A stretch of DNA of 64,000 nt, from positions 158,403-222,402 of the forward strand of contig JBBDYC010000019.1 of NCBI GenBank assembly GCA_040901985.1, written 5' to 3'. The notes under the pieces are model-generated. The model did not search any database. It worked only from the letters and a program-made list of their open reading frames with translations, and was not told the origin of the DNA. The stretch is from Gemmatimonadaceae bacterium (GTDB lineage Bacteria; Gemmatimonadota; Gemmatimonadetes; Gemmatimonadales; Gemmatimonadaceae). The position numbers were made by a program, and so were the translations under genes. The first letter of the stretch is position 1. Each line of letters begins with the position of its first letter. Below are positions 31,790 to 39,677 of the stretch, piece by piece.

Positions 31790-32459
31790 CGCCGGCGGGA
31801 TCGCCGGCGGGATTGCCGGCGGGGTCGTCGTCGGTATCGTCGTCGGGGCGGGGCGCGGTGAGCCGGAAGACGCCGCTCAGCGGGCCGAGGATCGCGAAAT
31901 CATCGCCGGGGCCGAGCTCGACGTCGTCGGCATCGGGGCGCGGGGCGCGCAGGATGAGCGTGGCGCCGCGATGGACCAGGGTCCGCGCAAGGATTGCCGC
32001 CCCGACGCGCGCCACCACCGGCGCCTCATCGGCCGCGCGCGCGCCCGGGTGCACGAGGAGCAGGTCGCCTTCGCGCACCGCGTGCGCCGGCGCGTCCTCC
32101 ACCGTCGAGCGGACGAGGAACGCCTCGTCGCCGGGAAGGAGGGCCCGGTCGAGGGTCAGGTGATGCTCGACCACCAACGTTCCCCCAGCGGTGAAGCGCA
32201 CGACGGGCACCGGCTGCGTGCCGACGCCGCCGGCGAATCCCGTGATCACGACCCCGCGCGAGCGGCCCGGCGTCCGGCGCACGTACCCCTTCGTCTCGAG
32301 CGACCCGATGAGGTCGGTCACCGTGCGCGTGGACGGGATCCGAAAGTGGCGCGCAATCTCGCGGACGCTCGGCTGATACGTATGCGTAGCGAGGAAGTCG
32401 ATCAGGAACTGCCAGAGCTTGCGCTCGACCGGCGTGAGCGCGGCGCGCGGCGCGTCCAC
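31782..32459 (-). CDS. lexA: LexA-family repressor with degenerate autoprotease site
   Basis: LT...RKL..F.........PSVREIA..F...S...V...I..LE.KGYV.R.PG.SR wHTH; S24-like C-domain (EGDLL, VVAR, ILG...GVFR). Confidence 0.8.
   Translation of the reverse strand: MDAPRAALTPVERKLWQFLIDFLATHTYQPSVREIARHFRIPSTRTVTDLIGSLETKGYVRRTPGRSRGVVITGFAGGVGTQPVPVVRFTAGGTLVVEHHLTLDRALLPGDEAFLVRSTVEDAPAHAVREGDLLLVHPGARAADEAPVVARVGAAILARTLVHRGATLILRAPRPDADDVELGPGDDFAILGPLSGVFRLTAPRPDDDTDDDPAGNPAGDPAGAS
31791..31826. repeat. 12-bp imperfect tandem repeat (DPAG/NPAG) in the LexA-like tail
   Basis: GCCGGCGGGATC GCCGGCGGGATT GCCGGCGGGGTC. Confidence 0.8.
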
Positions 32460-32460
32460 G

Positions 32461-33924
32461 TCAGCCGCCGGCGACCAGTTCGGCAAGACGTGCCTCGGCG
32501 CGCGCGATGCGCGCGACGGTGCGTTCGCGCCCAAGCATCAGCATCACGTCGAAGATGCCCGGTGAGACGCCGAGCCCGGTGAGCGCGACGCGGAGCGGCT
32601 GGAAGAGCTTGCCGCCGGCGAGGCCCTTCGACTCGGCGAGCGCGCGCAGCGCCTCCTCCATCGCCGCCGCGTCCCACGTCGCGAGCGCGGCGAGCGTCTC
32701 CCGCGTGGCGGCGAGGAGCGGCCGCACCGCGTCCGCGTCCTTCCACTGCTTGGCCACCGCCTCCGCGTCGTACTCGATCTCCTCGCGGAAGAACGGGACG
32801 GCCTGCCGGACAATGTCGTCGAGCAGGCGGGAGCGGACCCGGAGGAGGTCGAGCAGCCGGTGGTACCAATCGCGGCGCGCGGCGAGCTCGTCGGCGGTGG
32901 CGAGCCCGGCGGCGACGAGCGCCGGTGTCACGCGCGGCTCGAGGTCGGCGAGCGGAATCCGCGACAGGTGCTGGCCATTCATCCATTCGAGCTTCTTCGG
33001 GTCGAAGACCGACGCCTTGCGGAGCAGTCCGTCGGCGCTGAACGCGGCGACGAGCTGCTCCAGCGTCATCACCTCCTCGAACGTCCCGCCGGGCGACCAG
33101 CCGAGGAGGGCGAGAAAGTTCACCATCGCCTGCGGGAGGATGCCGAGGTGCTGGTAGTCGCCGACGGCGGTGGCGCCGTGCCGCTTGGAGAGCTTCTTGC
33201 CGTCGGTGCCGTGGATCATCGGCAGGTGGGCGAACTGTGGCAGCGGGACGCCGAGCGCCTGATAGAGCAGGATCTGCTTGGGGGTGTTGGAGATGTGGTC
33301 ATCGCCCCGCATCACGAGCGTGACGCGCATCGCGATGTCGTCGGAGACGACCGCCAGGTTGTAGATCGGCGTGCCGTCCGAGCGCAGGATGACGAAGTCC
33401 TCGATGTCCTTGTTCGGAAAGGCGACGCGGTCGTGGACGAGGTCTTCCCACGCCGTCTCCCCCGCGGCGACCCGGAAGCGGAGGACAAAGGGCGCGCCGT
33501 CGGCGACGCGGCGCTCGACTTCGGCGGCCGGGAGGCGGTCGCAGCGGCGGTCGTACTTGAAGGCGTCCTTGGCGGCGGCCGCCACCTTGCGCCGCTCTTC
33601 GAGCTCGGCGCTCGTGCAAAAGCAGCGATACGCGTGACCGGAGGCGAGCAGGCGCTCGGCGTCGGCGCGGTGCCTGGCAAGGTTGGCCCCCTGGAAGACG
33701 ACCTCCTCATCCCAGTCGAGCCCCAGCCACTTGAGGCCGTCGAAGATGGCGCGGGTGGACTCGTCGGTGGAGCGCGCCTTGTCGGTGTCCTCGATGCGGA
33801 GGAGGAACCGGCCGCCGGTGCTGCGGGCGAGGAGCCAGTTGAAGAGGGCGGTGCGCGCGCCGCCGACGTGGAGGTCGCCGGTGGGGGAGGGGGCGAAGCG
33901 GAGGCGCGGCGGGACGGCGGTCAT
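32461..33924 (-). CDS. gltX: Glutamate--tRNA ligase
   Basis: RFAPSPTG.LHVGG, LRIEDTD, RGDDHISN, KLSKR. Confidence 0.97.
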   Translation of the reverse strand: MTAVPPRLRFAPSPTGDLHVGGARTALFNWLLARSTGGRFLLRIEDTDKARSTDESTRAIFDGLKWLGLDWDEEVVFQGANLARHRADAERLLASGHAYRCFCTSAELEERRKVAAAAKDAFKYDRRCDRLPAAEVERRVADGAPFVLRFRVAAGETAWEDLVHDRVAFPNKDIEDFVILRSDGTPIYNLAVVSDDIAMRVTLVMRGDDHISNTPKQILLYQALGVPLPQFAHLPMIHGTDGKKLSKRHGATAVGDYQHLGILPQAMVNFLALLGWSPGGTFEEVMTLEQLVAAFSADGLLRKASVFDPKKLEWMNGQHLSRIPLADLEPRVTPALVAAGLATADELAARRDWYHRLLDLLRVRSRLLDDIVRQAVPFFREEIEYDAEAVAKQWKDADAVRPLLAATRETLAALATWDAAAMEEALRALAESKGLAGGKLFQPLRVALTGLGVSPGIFDVMLMLGRERTVARIARAEARLAELVAGG

Positions 33925-33973
33925 CGCGGGGCGGTGGGCGGAAGCGAGCAGTGCAGCGGGGCCGGACGGCCGG

Positions 33974-34013
33974 AAAACGAACGCGGACCCGACGAACGAT
34001 CGGCGGGTCCGCG
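33974..34013 (-). terminator. Terminator after tRNA-Ser(GCT)
   Basis: CGCGGACCCG/CGGGTCCGCG stem followed by TTCGTTTT on the minus strand. Confidence 0.7.
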
Positions 34014-34016
34014 CTA

Positions 34017-34107
34017 CGGAGACGGAGGGATTCGAACCCTCGATACAGGTATAACCCCGTATAACGGTTTAGCAAACCGCCGCCTTCAGCCTCTCGGCCA
34101 CGTCTCC
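34017..34107 (-). tRNA. tRNA-Ser(GCT), CCA not encoded
   Basis: GGAGACG acceptor, GCGGT-TTGCTAA-ACCGT anticodon arm, long variable arm, GGTTCGAATCC. Confidence 0.95.
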
Positions 34108-34192
34108 TCTCGCAGCTTGTGGCGCTGGGAGAGGAGGAAATGTCGCCTGATGCGGCGAGTGAATCAAGGACGAGGAGGACGCCGCGCCGCTG

Positions 34193-34657
34193 CTACACCA
34201 GGCTTCCGCGACTCGGGAAGACAAACGTCCGGCGGCTGAGCTTCCCGTCGGCAAGCGCCCGCACGAGGTCGAGCGTCGAGATGATGCCGACGAGCTTGGT
34301 GCCTTCGACGACGGGCAGGCGATGGACGCCCTCTTCCTTCATCAGCGTCGCGGCCTTGGTGGCGGCGTCGTCGGGCGCGATGGTGCAGAGCGGACCGCGC
34401 GTCATCGCCTCCTCGACGGTGTGGTCGTCGAGGATCCCGTGCTCCGTCCCGCCGTCCACCTCGGCCGGATCGCTGGGGAGCGAGGCGATGAAGTCGAGCA
34501 GGTCGCGCGCGCTGACCATGCCGACGATGTTGCCGCGGAGCACCACGGGTGTGCCGCCGACGCCTTCCGACGAGAGGAGTTCGGCCGCCTCGCGGACGCT
34601 GACGTTTGGCGCCACGGTGAGGACGTCGTGGGTCATCAGTTCGCGGACCTTGAGCAT
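34193..34657 (-). CDS. CBS-domain pair protein
   Basis: V.ELMT..V.TV.P, VGMVS..D, V.EAMT, LPVV....LVGIIS..DL. Confidence 0.88.
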   Translation of the reverse strand: MLKVRELMTHDVLTVAPNVSVREAAELLSSEGVGGTPVVLRGNIVGMVSARDLLDFIASLPSDPAEVDGGTEHGILDDHTVEEAMTRGPLCTIAPDDAATKAATLMKEEGVHRLPVVEGTKLVGIISTLDLVRALADGKLSRRTFVFPSRGSLV

Positions 34658-34779
34658 CGTCTCTCCCGGATCAGGGGTCGCGGTCGACGGGCATCCGCCC
34701 AGTCGAAATACATCACCGCCGGCGGGCGGGGAACATCGGGGTCGGCCTGACGCGGTGTGAGGGAATCGCCCGGCGTGCC

Positions 34780-34820
34780 TTGCCAGCGCCCAACAGGCGT
34801 ATTACCGTATCGGAGTATAG
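34780..34820 (+). promoter_or_regulatory. Candidate sigma70 promoter and overlapping operator for the sulfur operon
   Basis: TTGCCA-17 nt-TACCGT; overlapping AT-rich imperfect palindrome TATTACCGTATCGGAGTATA. Confidence 0.35.
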
Positions 34821-34861
34821 GGAATCAGCGGCGCTTTCCCCCCGGGACGAGGAACGCTTGC

Positions 34862-35815
34862 ATGCGGTACATTCTTTCGCGTTCGCCGGTCGCCGTCGCG
34901 CTCGCGGCGACCATCGCCATCGCGGCCTGCGAAGGTTCCGCCCGCGACCCGGTGGCCGACGCGCCCGTCCCCTTCGATGAGTCCCGCTGGACCGCCAAGC
35001 GCGAGGCGGACATCCCCAACGACTCGATGGGTGCCTCCATCCGGCGCGGCCTCGCGCTCCTTCGCTTTACGCCGGAAAGCCTTCCCCAGTACGCCACCTC
35101 GGGTCTCCGCTGCACGAGTTGCCACCAGGACGACGGCATCAAGGTCAGCGCCGGTTCGCTGACCGGCGTCCACGCGCGCTTTCCGCAGTACATGTCGCGC
35201 ACCGGCGCGGTGATCGGACTCCCCGACCGCATCAACTACTGCTTCACCCGCTCGCTCGCCGGCAACGCACTCCCGGTCGGCAGCCGGGAGATGACGGACC
35301 TCCTCGCCTATATGGCCTTCATCTCGGAGGGCGTGCCGAGCGGTGTCCACCTCTCGACGGCGCCGATGCCGAAGATGCCCGAGCAACACGACGGCGATGC
35401 GGCGCGCGGCGCGCAGCTCTACGTCGAGAAGACCTGCCAGACCTGCCACGGCCCCAACGGCGAGGGACTCGGGCCGCTGCCACCGCTCTGGGGTCCGCGG
35501 GCGTACTCGGTCGGCGCCTCGATGGCGCAGATCGAGCGCGCGGCGAGCTTCATCTTTCACAACATGCCGCAAACGGCGCCCGGCTCGCTGACGCCGAAGG
35601 AGGCGTTCGACCTCGCGGCGTTCATCAACACGCAGCCGCGTCCCGACTCGCCGGCCAAGGAGTTCGACTGGCCGCTCGGCGGGAACCCGTCGGACGTGCC
35701 GTACGACCTGCGGTCGGGCCATAAGGCGTACCGTCCGCCGACGTACCTTCCGCGCGCGACGCCGCAGCGCGCGATCGTGCCGGTGCCGCCGCGCGCGCCG
35801 ACCGGTGGCCGATGA
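34862..35815 (+). CDS. tsdA: Diheme thiosulfate dehydrogenase/tetrathionate reductase TsdA (lipoprotein)
   Basis: CTSCH and CQTCH hemes, catalytic RINYCFTRS, PPLWG...Y..GA.M, FI.HNMP; lipobox IAAC. Confidence 0.85.
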   Translation: MRYILSRSPVAVALAATIAIAACEGSARDPVADAPVPFDESRWTAKREADIPNDSMGASIRRGLALLRFTPESLPQYATSGLRCTSCHQDDGIKVSAGSLTGVHARFPQYMSRTGAVIGLPDRINYCFTRSLAGNALPVGSREMTDLLAYMAFISEGVPSGVHLSTAPMPKMPEQHDGDAARGAQLYVEKTCQTCHGPNGEGLGPLPPLWGPRAYSVGASMAQIERAASFIFHNMPQTAPGSLTPKEAFDLAAFINTQPRPDSPAKEFDWPLGGNPSDVPYDLRSGHKAYRPPTYLPRATPQRAIVPVPPRAPTGGR

Positions 35816-37062
35816 GCGGTCGGCTCTCGCGGCGTGAGATGATCGCCGGCGCGGCGGCCGTCGTCGGCGCCGCCGCCGTGGCGAAGCTCCCCGGCGACCT
35901 CGCCGCGCAGGGCGCGACGGCGGCCACCGAATCGCCCGCTGTCCCGGCCGACCCGACCAAGCTGCAGGGCCACCCGACGAGCGCGCTCGGCGCCCGCTCG
36001 CCCTTTGTGCGCCCGTCGCGGACACCGACCGGCGAGACGGTCGGCCATTCGCTCACGCCACTGCAGGATCTCACCGGATCAATCACCCCGGCCGACCTGC
36101 ACTTCGAGCGGCATCACGCTGGCATTCCGGTCATTGATCCGGCGCGCCACCGCCTGATGATCCACGGCCTCGTCGAGCGACCGCTCACGCTGACCGTCGA
36201 CGAGCTCCGGCGCTTCCCGCAGGTGACCCGGACGCACTTCATCGAGTGCGCGGGGAACGGCCGGGTCGCGTTCCGGGACCCCAAGCCCGAGATGACGCCG
36301 CAGCGCGTGGCGGGGATGGTCTCGACGTCGGAGTGGACGGGCGTGCGGCTCGCAACGCTTTTCCGCGAGGTCGGCGTCCGGCCGGAGGGGAAGTGGTTCC
36401 TCGCCGAGGGGGGCGACGCCTGCCTGATGACGCGCTCGGTGCCGATGGAGAAGGCGTGGGATGATGCGCTGATTGTCTGGGCGCAGAACGGCGAACCATT
36501 GCGACCGGCGCAGGGGTATCCGGTGCGCCTGCTCCTGCCGGGATGGGAAGGGAACATCAACGTGAAGTGGCTCCGCCGGCTCGAAGTCGGCGCGGCGCCC
36601 TGGATGACGCGGTGGGAGACATCCAAGTACACCGACCCGCTGCCGGGTGGAAAGGCGCGGCAGTTCAGCTTCGTGCTGGACGCGAAGTCCATCATCACCT
36701 CGCCGGCGACGCCGGGTGTGGTGCGCGCGCGGGGCTGGCATCCGGTGCAGGGCCTGGCCTGGAGCGGCCGCGGACGGATCACGCGGGTGGAGGTGAGCAC
36801 CGACGGCGGCCGGCGCTGGCGCGACGCCGAGTTGCTGCACGAGCCGCTGCCGAAGGCGACCGTGCGCTTCCAGCAGATGTGGGAATGGACGGGCGGCGAC
36901 GCCGTACTCCTCTCGCGGGCAACCGACGAGACCGGCTACACGCAACCGACCCGCGCCGCGCTGCTGGCGGCGCGCGGACCGGGAACCGATTTCCATTTCA
37001 ATCCGATCGTCGGGTGGCGGGTGGCGCGCGACGGCGCGATTGCCTTCCACGGGGAAACCTGA
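35812..37062 (+). CDS. soxC: SoxC/SorA-type molybdopterin sulfite (sulfane) dehydrogenase
   Basis: Tat motif SRREMI; TPLQ...G.ITP..LHFERHH, ECAGN, QNGE.LRP.QGYP.RL, KWLRR, GLAWSG.G.I. Confidence 0.9.
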   Translation: MSGRLSRREMIAGAAAVVGAAAVAKLPGDLAAQGATAATESPAVPADPTKLQGHPTSALGARSPFVRPSRTPTGETVGHSLTPLQDLTGSITPADLHFERHHAGIPVIDPARHRLMIHGLVERPLTLTVDELRRFPQVTRTHFIECAGNGRVAFRDPKPEMTPQRVAGMVSTSEWTGVRLATLFREVGVRPEGKWFLAEGGDACLMTRSVPMEKAWDDALIVWAQNGEPLRPAQGYPVRLLLPGWEGNINVKWLRRLEVGAAPWMTRWETSKYTDPLPGGKARQFSFVLDAKSIITSPATPGVVRARGWHPVQGLAWSGRGRITRVEVSTDGGRRWRDAELLHEPLPKATVRFQQMWEWTGGDAVLLSRATDETGYTQPTRAALLAARGPGTDFHFNPIVGWRVARDGAIAFHGET

Positions 37063-37691
37063 TGCGCGCGTTCCTGGCTGGTGTCGGCGCGCTCTCCGTG
37101 ATTGCCTGCGGGGCACCGGAGGGTGCCAATCCGCCCGGCGACCGCGTCGTGCGCGCCGCGTCTGCCGCGTCGGCCGAGCCGCAGGCGCCGGCCGGCGGAT
37201 ATGCGCTCGGTCGCGCGCCCGCCGCCAACGAGGTCAGGGCGTGGAGCACCGCCATCGGCCCGGACGGCGCGACGCTTCCCCCCGGTCGCGGCACGGTGGC
37301 CGAGGGCGCGGCGCTCTACGTCGCGCAGTGTGCCGCGTGCCACGGCCGGAACGGCGAGGGAATCCATCCGGTGTATCCCGCGCTGATCGGACGCGACGCG
37401 GCCACGGATGCGTTCCGGTTTGCCGAGGACCCGAAGCTCGTCAAGACCATCGGCAACTATTGGCCGCACGCGACCACGCTCTTTGACTACATCAGGCGGG
37501 CGATGCCGCTGCTCACGCCCGGCTCGCTCACCGACGACCAGTCCTACGCGCTCACCGCGTACCTGCTGGCCGCCAACCAAGTCATCCCCGATACCATCAC
37601 GCTCGATGCCGCCGCGCTCCGTGCCGTGCGGATGCCGGCGCGCGATCGCTTCGTTCCCGACGACCGGCCCAACGGGCCGGGCGTCCGCTGA
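37062..37691 (+). CDS. soxD: SoxD-like monoheme cytochrome c
   Basis: GR......W...I.PDG..LPPG.GTV..G..LY...CAACHG, TIGNYWP.ATTLFDYIRRAMP, MP.R..F. Confidence 0.8.
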   Translation: MRAFLAGVGALSVIACGAPEGANPPGDRVVRAASAASAEPQAPAGGYALGRAPAANEVRAWSTAIGPDGATLPPGRGTVAEGAALYVAQCAACHGRNGEGIHPVYPALIGRDAATDAFRFAEDPKLVKTIGNYWPHATTLFDYIRRAMPLLTPGSLTDDQSYALTAYLLAANQVIPDTITLDAAALRAVRMPARDRFVPDDRPNGPGVR

Positions 37692-37720
37692 TCTCCCCGC
37701 TCCCCGAGGTGACACCGACC

Positions 37721-38269
37721 ATGGCCACCACTGCCGCCCCATCCACGCCGATCGCCGCCGTGCGGCGATCCCCACTGCCGCCGTGGGCGTCGCTCGGCAT
37801 CATTTTCGGACTCGTCGGCGCCGCGTCCATCCTCCTCTGGGGGCCGATCGGCGTCTCGGGGACGTATCCGCGTTTCATCGGCGCGATCCTCCGCGTCGTT
37901 GACCCCGCCTACGCGGCCGCCAATCCGTACCTCGTGCGGATGGGGTCGCTGATGCGCCCCGAAACCTTCCTCCTCGTCGGGCTGCTGATCGGCGGGATTA
38001 TTGGCGCGCGGCTCGACAAGGCCAAGGCGCCCAAGGTCGAGATGCTCTACGCGGGCGAGCATTCGGAGAAGGCGCGCTACCGCAACGCATTCATCGGCGG
38101 GATCCTGATCGTCTTCGGCGCGCGCGTCGCCGGCGGCTGCACGAGCGGCCTGATCATCTCCGGGATGACGCAGCTGTCCATCGCCGGATTCATCTTCGCG
38201 GCGGGAACCTTCGCGGCCGGCATCGGCACGGCGAAGGTGCTCCAGGCCGTCCACGCCCGGGGGAACTGA
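37721..38269 (+). CDS. YeeE/YedE sulfur-compound transporter subunit
   Basis: FGAR.AGGCTSG motif; multiple TMs; GAGGT SD. Confidence 0.87.
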   Translation: MATTAAPSTPIAAVRRSPLPPWASLGIIFGLVGAASILLWGPIGVSGTYPRFIGAILRVVDPAYAAANPYLVRMGSLMRPETFLLVGLLIGGIIGARLDKAKAPKVEMLYAGEHSEKARYRNAFIGGILIVFGARVAGGCTSGLIISGMTQLSIAGFIFAAGTFAAGIGTAKVLQAVHARGN

Positions 38270-38271
38270 CC

Positions 38272-38808
38272 ATGGCCTCCTTCTTTGCGCTCCTGACCGG
38301 CATCGCAATGGGTTTCCTGATCCAGCGCGTCCGTGCCTCGAGCCCGGCGATGATCGCCCGCAACCTGCGGCTCGAGAATCTCTCGGTCATCAAGTTCATG
38401 GCGATGACGATCGCGGTCGGGTCAATGGTCGTCTACGCGCTCGCGCTCTTCGTGCCGGAGCAGTTGCACCTCGACATCAAGCCGACGTACGTGGTCGGCG
38501 TACTGCTCGGCGGCCTGATCTTCGGCGTCGGGTTCGGGCTGAGCGGCTACTGCCCGGGCACGTGCGTCGTCGGAATCGGCGAAGGCCGGCGCGACGCGAT
38601 CGCCGCAATCGGCGGCGGCGTCGTCGGTGCGCTCCTCTTCACGCTCGTCTACACCAAGCTCATCGCACCGATCGTCGCGGTGATGGACCTCGGGCGCATC
38701 ACGCTGGCCGACGTGACGAAGGCGCCGGCGTTCGCGGTGGCGCTGGTGATGGGCGTGGGCTTCATCGCGCTCATCTCGTGGCTGCCGACCGAGGTGAAGA
38801 AGGCGTGA
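38272..38808 (+). CDS. YeeE/YedE sulfur-compound transporter subunit
   Basis: GG.IFG.G..L.GYCPGT motif. Confidence 0.87.
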   Translation: MASFFALLTGIAMGFLIQRVRASSPAMIARNLRLENLSVIKFMAMTIAVGSMVVYALALFVPEQLHLDIKPTYVVGVLLGGLIFGVGFGLSGYCPGTCVVGIGEGRRDAIAAIGGGVVGALLFTLVYTKLIAPIVAVMDLGRITLADVTKAPAFAVALVMGVGFIALISWLPTEVKKA

Positions 38809-39167
38809 GGTCGCGTGCCCGGTCCACGGCGCGTCGGCGGGCGACGCCGGAGCTGCTGGCGCTGGTGGCCGGCCGCTTCCGCGCGCTCGCCGAGCCGGCG
38901 CGGCTCGCGATCCTCCACGCATTGGAGGATCGCGAGCTCACCGTGACCGACCTCGTCGCGGCGACGGGACAAGCACAGGGCAATCTCTCCAAGCACCTGC
39001 AGCAGCTGTACGCGGCCGGCTTTGTCACGCGGCGGCGCGAGGGGCTGTTCGTCAATTACGCGCTCGCCGACGACGACGTGCTCGCGCTCTGCGAGTTGAT
39101 GTGCGGGCGGCTCGAGGAGGAACACGCGGGCGCGCAGGCGCTCTTCCGGGCGGCCGGGCGGGGGTAG
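38805..39167 (+). CDS. ArsR/SmtB-family regulator with C-terminal CxxxC
   Basis: FRAL.EP.RL.IL, Q.N.SKHL..L...G.V.RRREG..V.Y, LCELMC. Confidence 0.88.
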   Translation: MRSRARSTARRRATPELLALVAGRFRALAEPARLAILHALEDRELTVTDLVAATGQAQGNLSKHLQQLYAAGFVTRRREGLFVNYALADDDVLALCELMCGRLEEEHAGAQALFRAAGRG

Positions 39168-39183
39168 GGCAGCGTGAATTGAG

Positions 39184-39266
39184 CGGAGGGCACAGGATTC
39201 GAACCTGTAAGTCCTTGCGGACGGCGGTTTTCAAGACCGCTGCATTAGCCATTCTGCCAGCCCTCC
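39184..39266 (-). tRNA. tRNA-Ser(TGA), CCA not encoded
   Basis: GGAGGGC acceptor, GCGGT-CTTGAAA-ACCGC, variable arm GTCC-GCAA-GGAC, GGTTCGAATCC. Confidence 0.93.
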
Positions 39267-39323
39267 CGACCGGCGGAACTGCGTGCTGACGAATAATATC
39301 AGGTCCATGCCCTCGGAGCGCAT

Positions 39324-39674
39324 CTGACCACTCCTCCGCGCGAGGCCGCGACGGCGCTTGCCGCAATTCGCGCCGTCGGCGGCGACGAGCTCGTCCGTGC
39401 GATGGCCGGCGCGTTTGCCGCCTTCGCCACGGCGCAAATGGACTGGATTGCCCGCCAGTTGGCGGCCGGCAAGCTGGACGTCGTCGCGCTGGCGGCGCGT
39501 GCGCTGCGGATCAGCGCGCTGCAGGTTGGGGCGCACGCGGTGGCCGGGGCCTGCGAAGGCGTCGAACTGGCGGGTGGCGGACGCGACGCGACCGGCGTGC
39601 GCGCCGGCGTCGCCGGGCTGCAGCGCGCCCTCGCGGCGGCGCGACCCTGGCTCGAAGGGCTCGCGGCGGGGTGA
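39324..39674 (+). CDS. Stand-alone Hpt-like protein without His; probable CTG start
   Basis: AL..I...GGDELV......F......AARALRISA..VGA..V...CE..E; GGAG 5 nt before CTG; in-frame TAA at 39294. Confidence 0.6.
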   Translation: MTTPPREAATALAAIRAVGGDELVRAMAGAFAAFATAQMDWIARQLAAGKLDVVALAARALRISALQVGAHAVAGACEGVELAGGGRDATGVRAGVAGLQRALAAARPWLEGLAAG

Positions 39675-39677
39675 GCG

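Noticed and set aside
39184..39266. Selenocysteine or suppressor tRNA
   Set aside because: Anticodon TGA reads UCA (Ser); the acceptor stem is a normal 7 bp.
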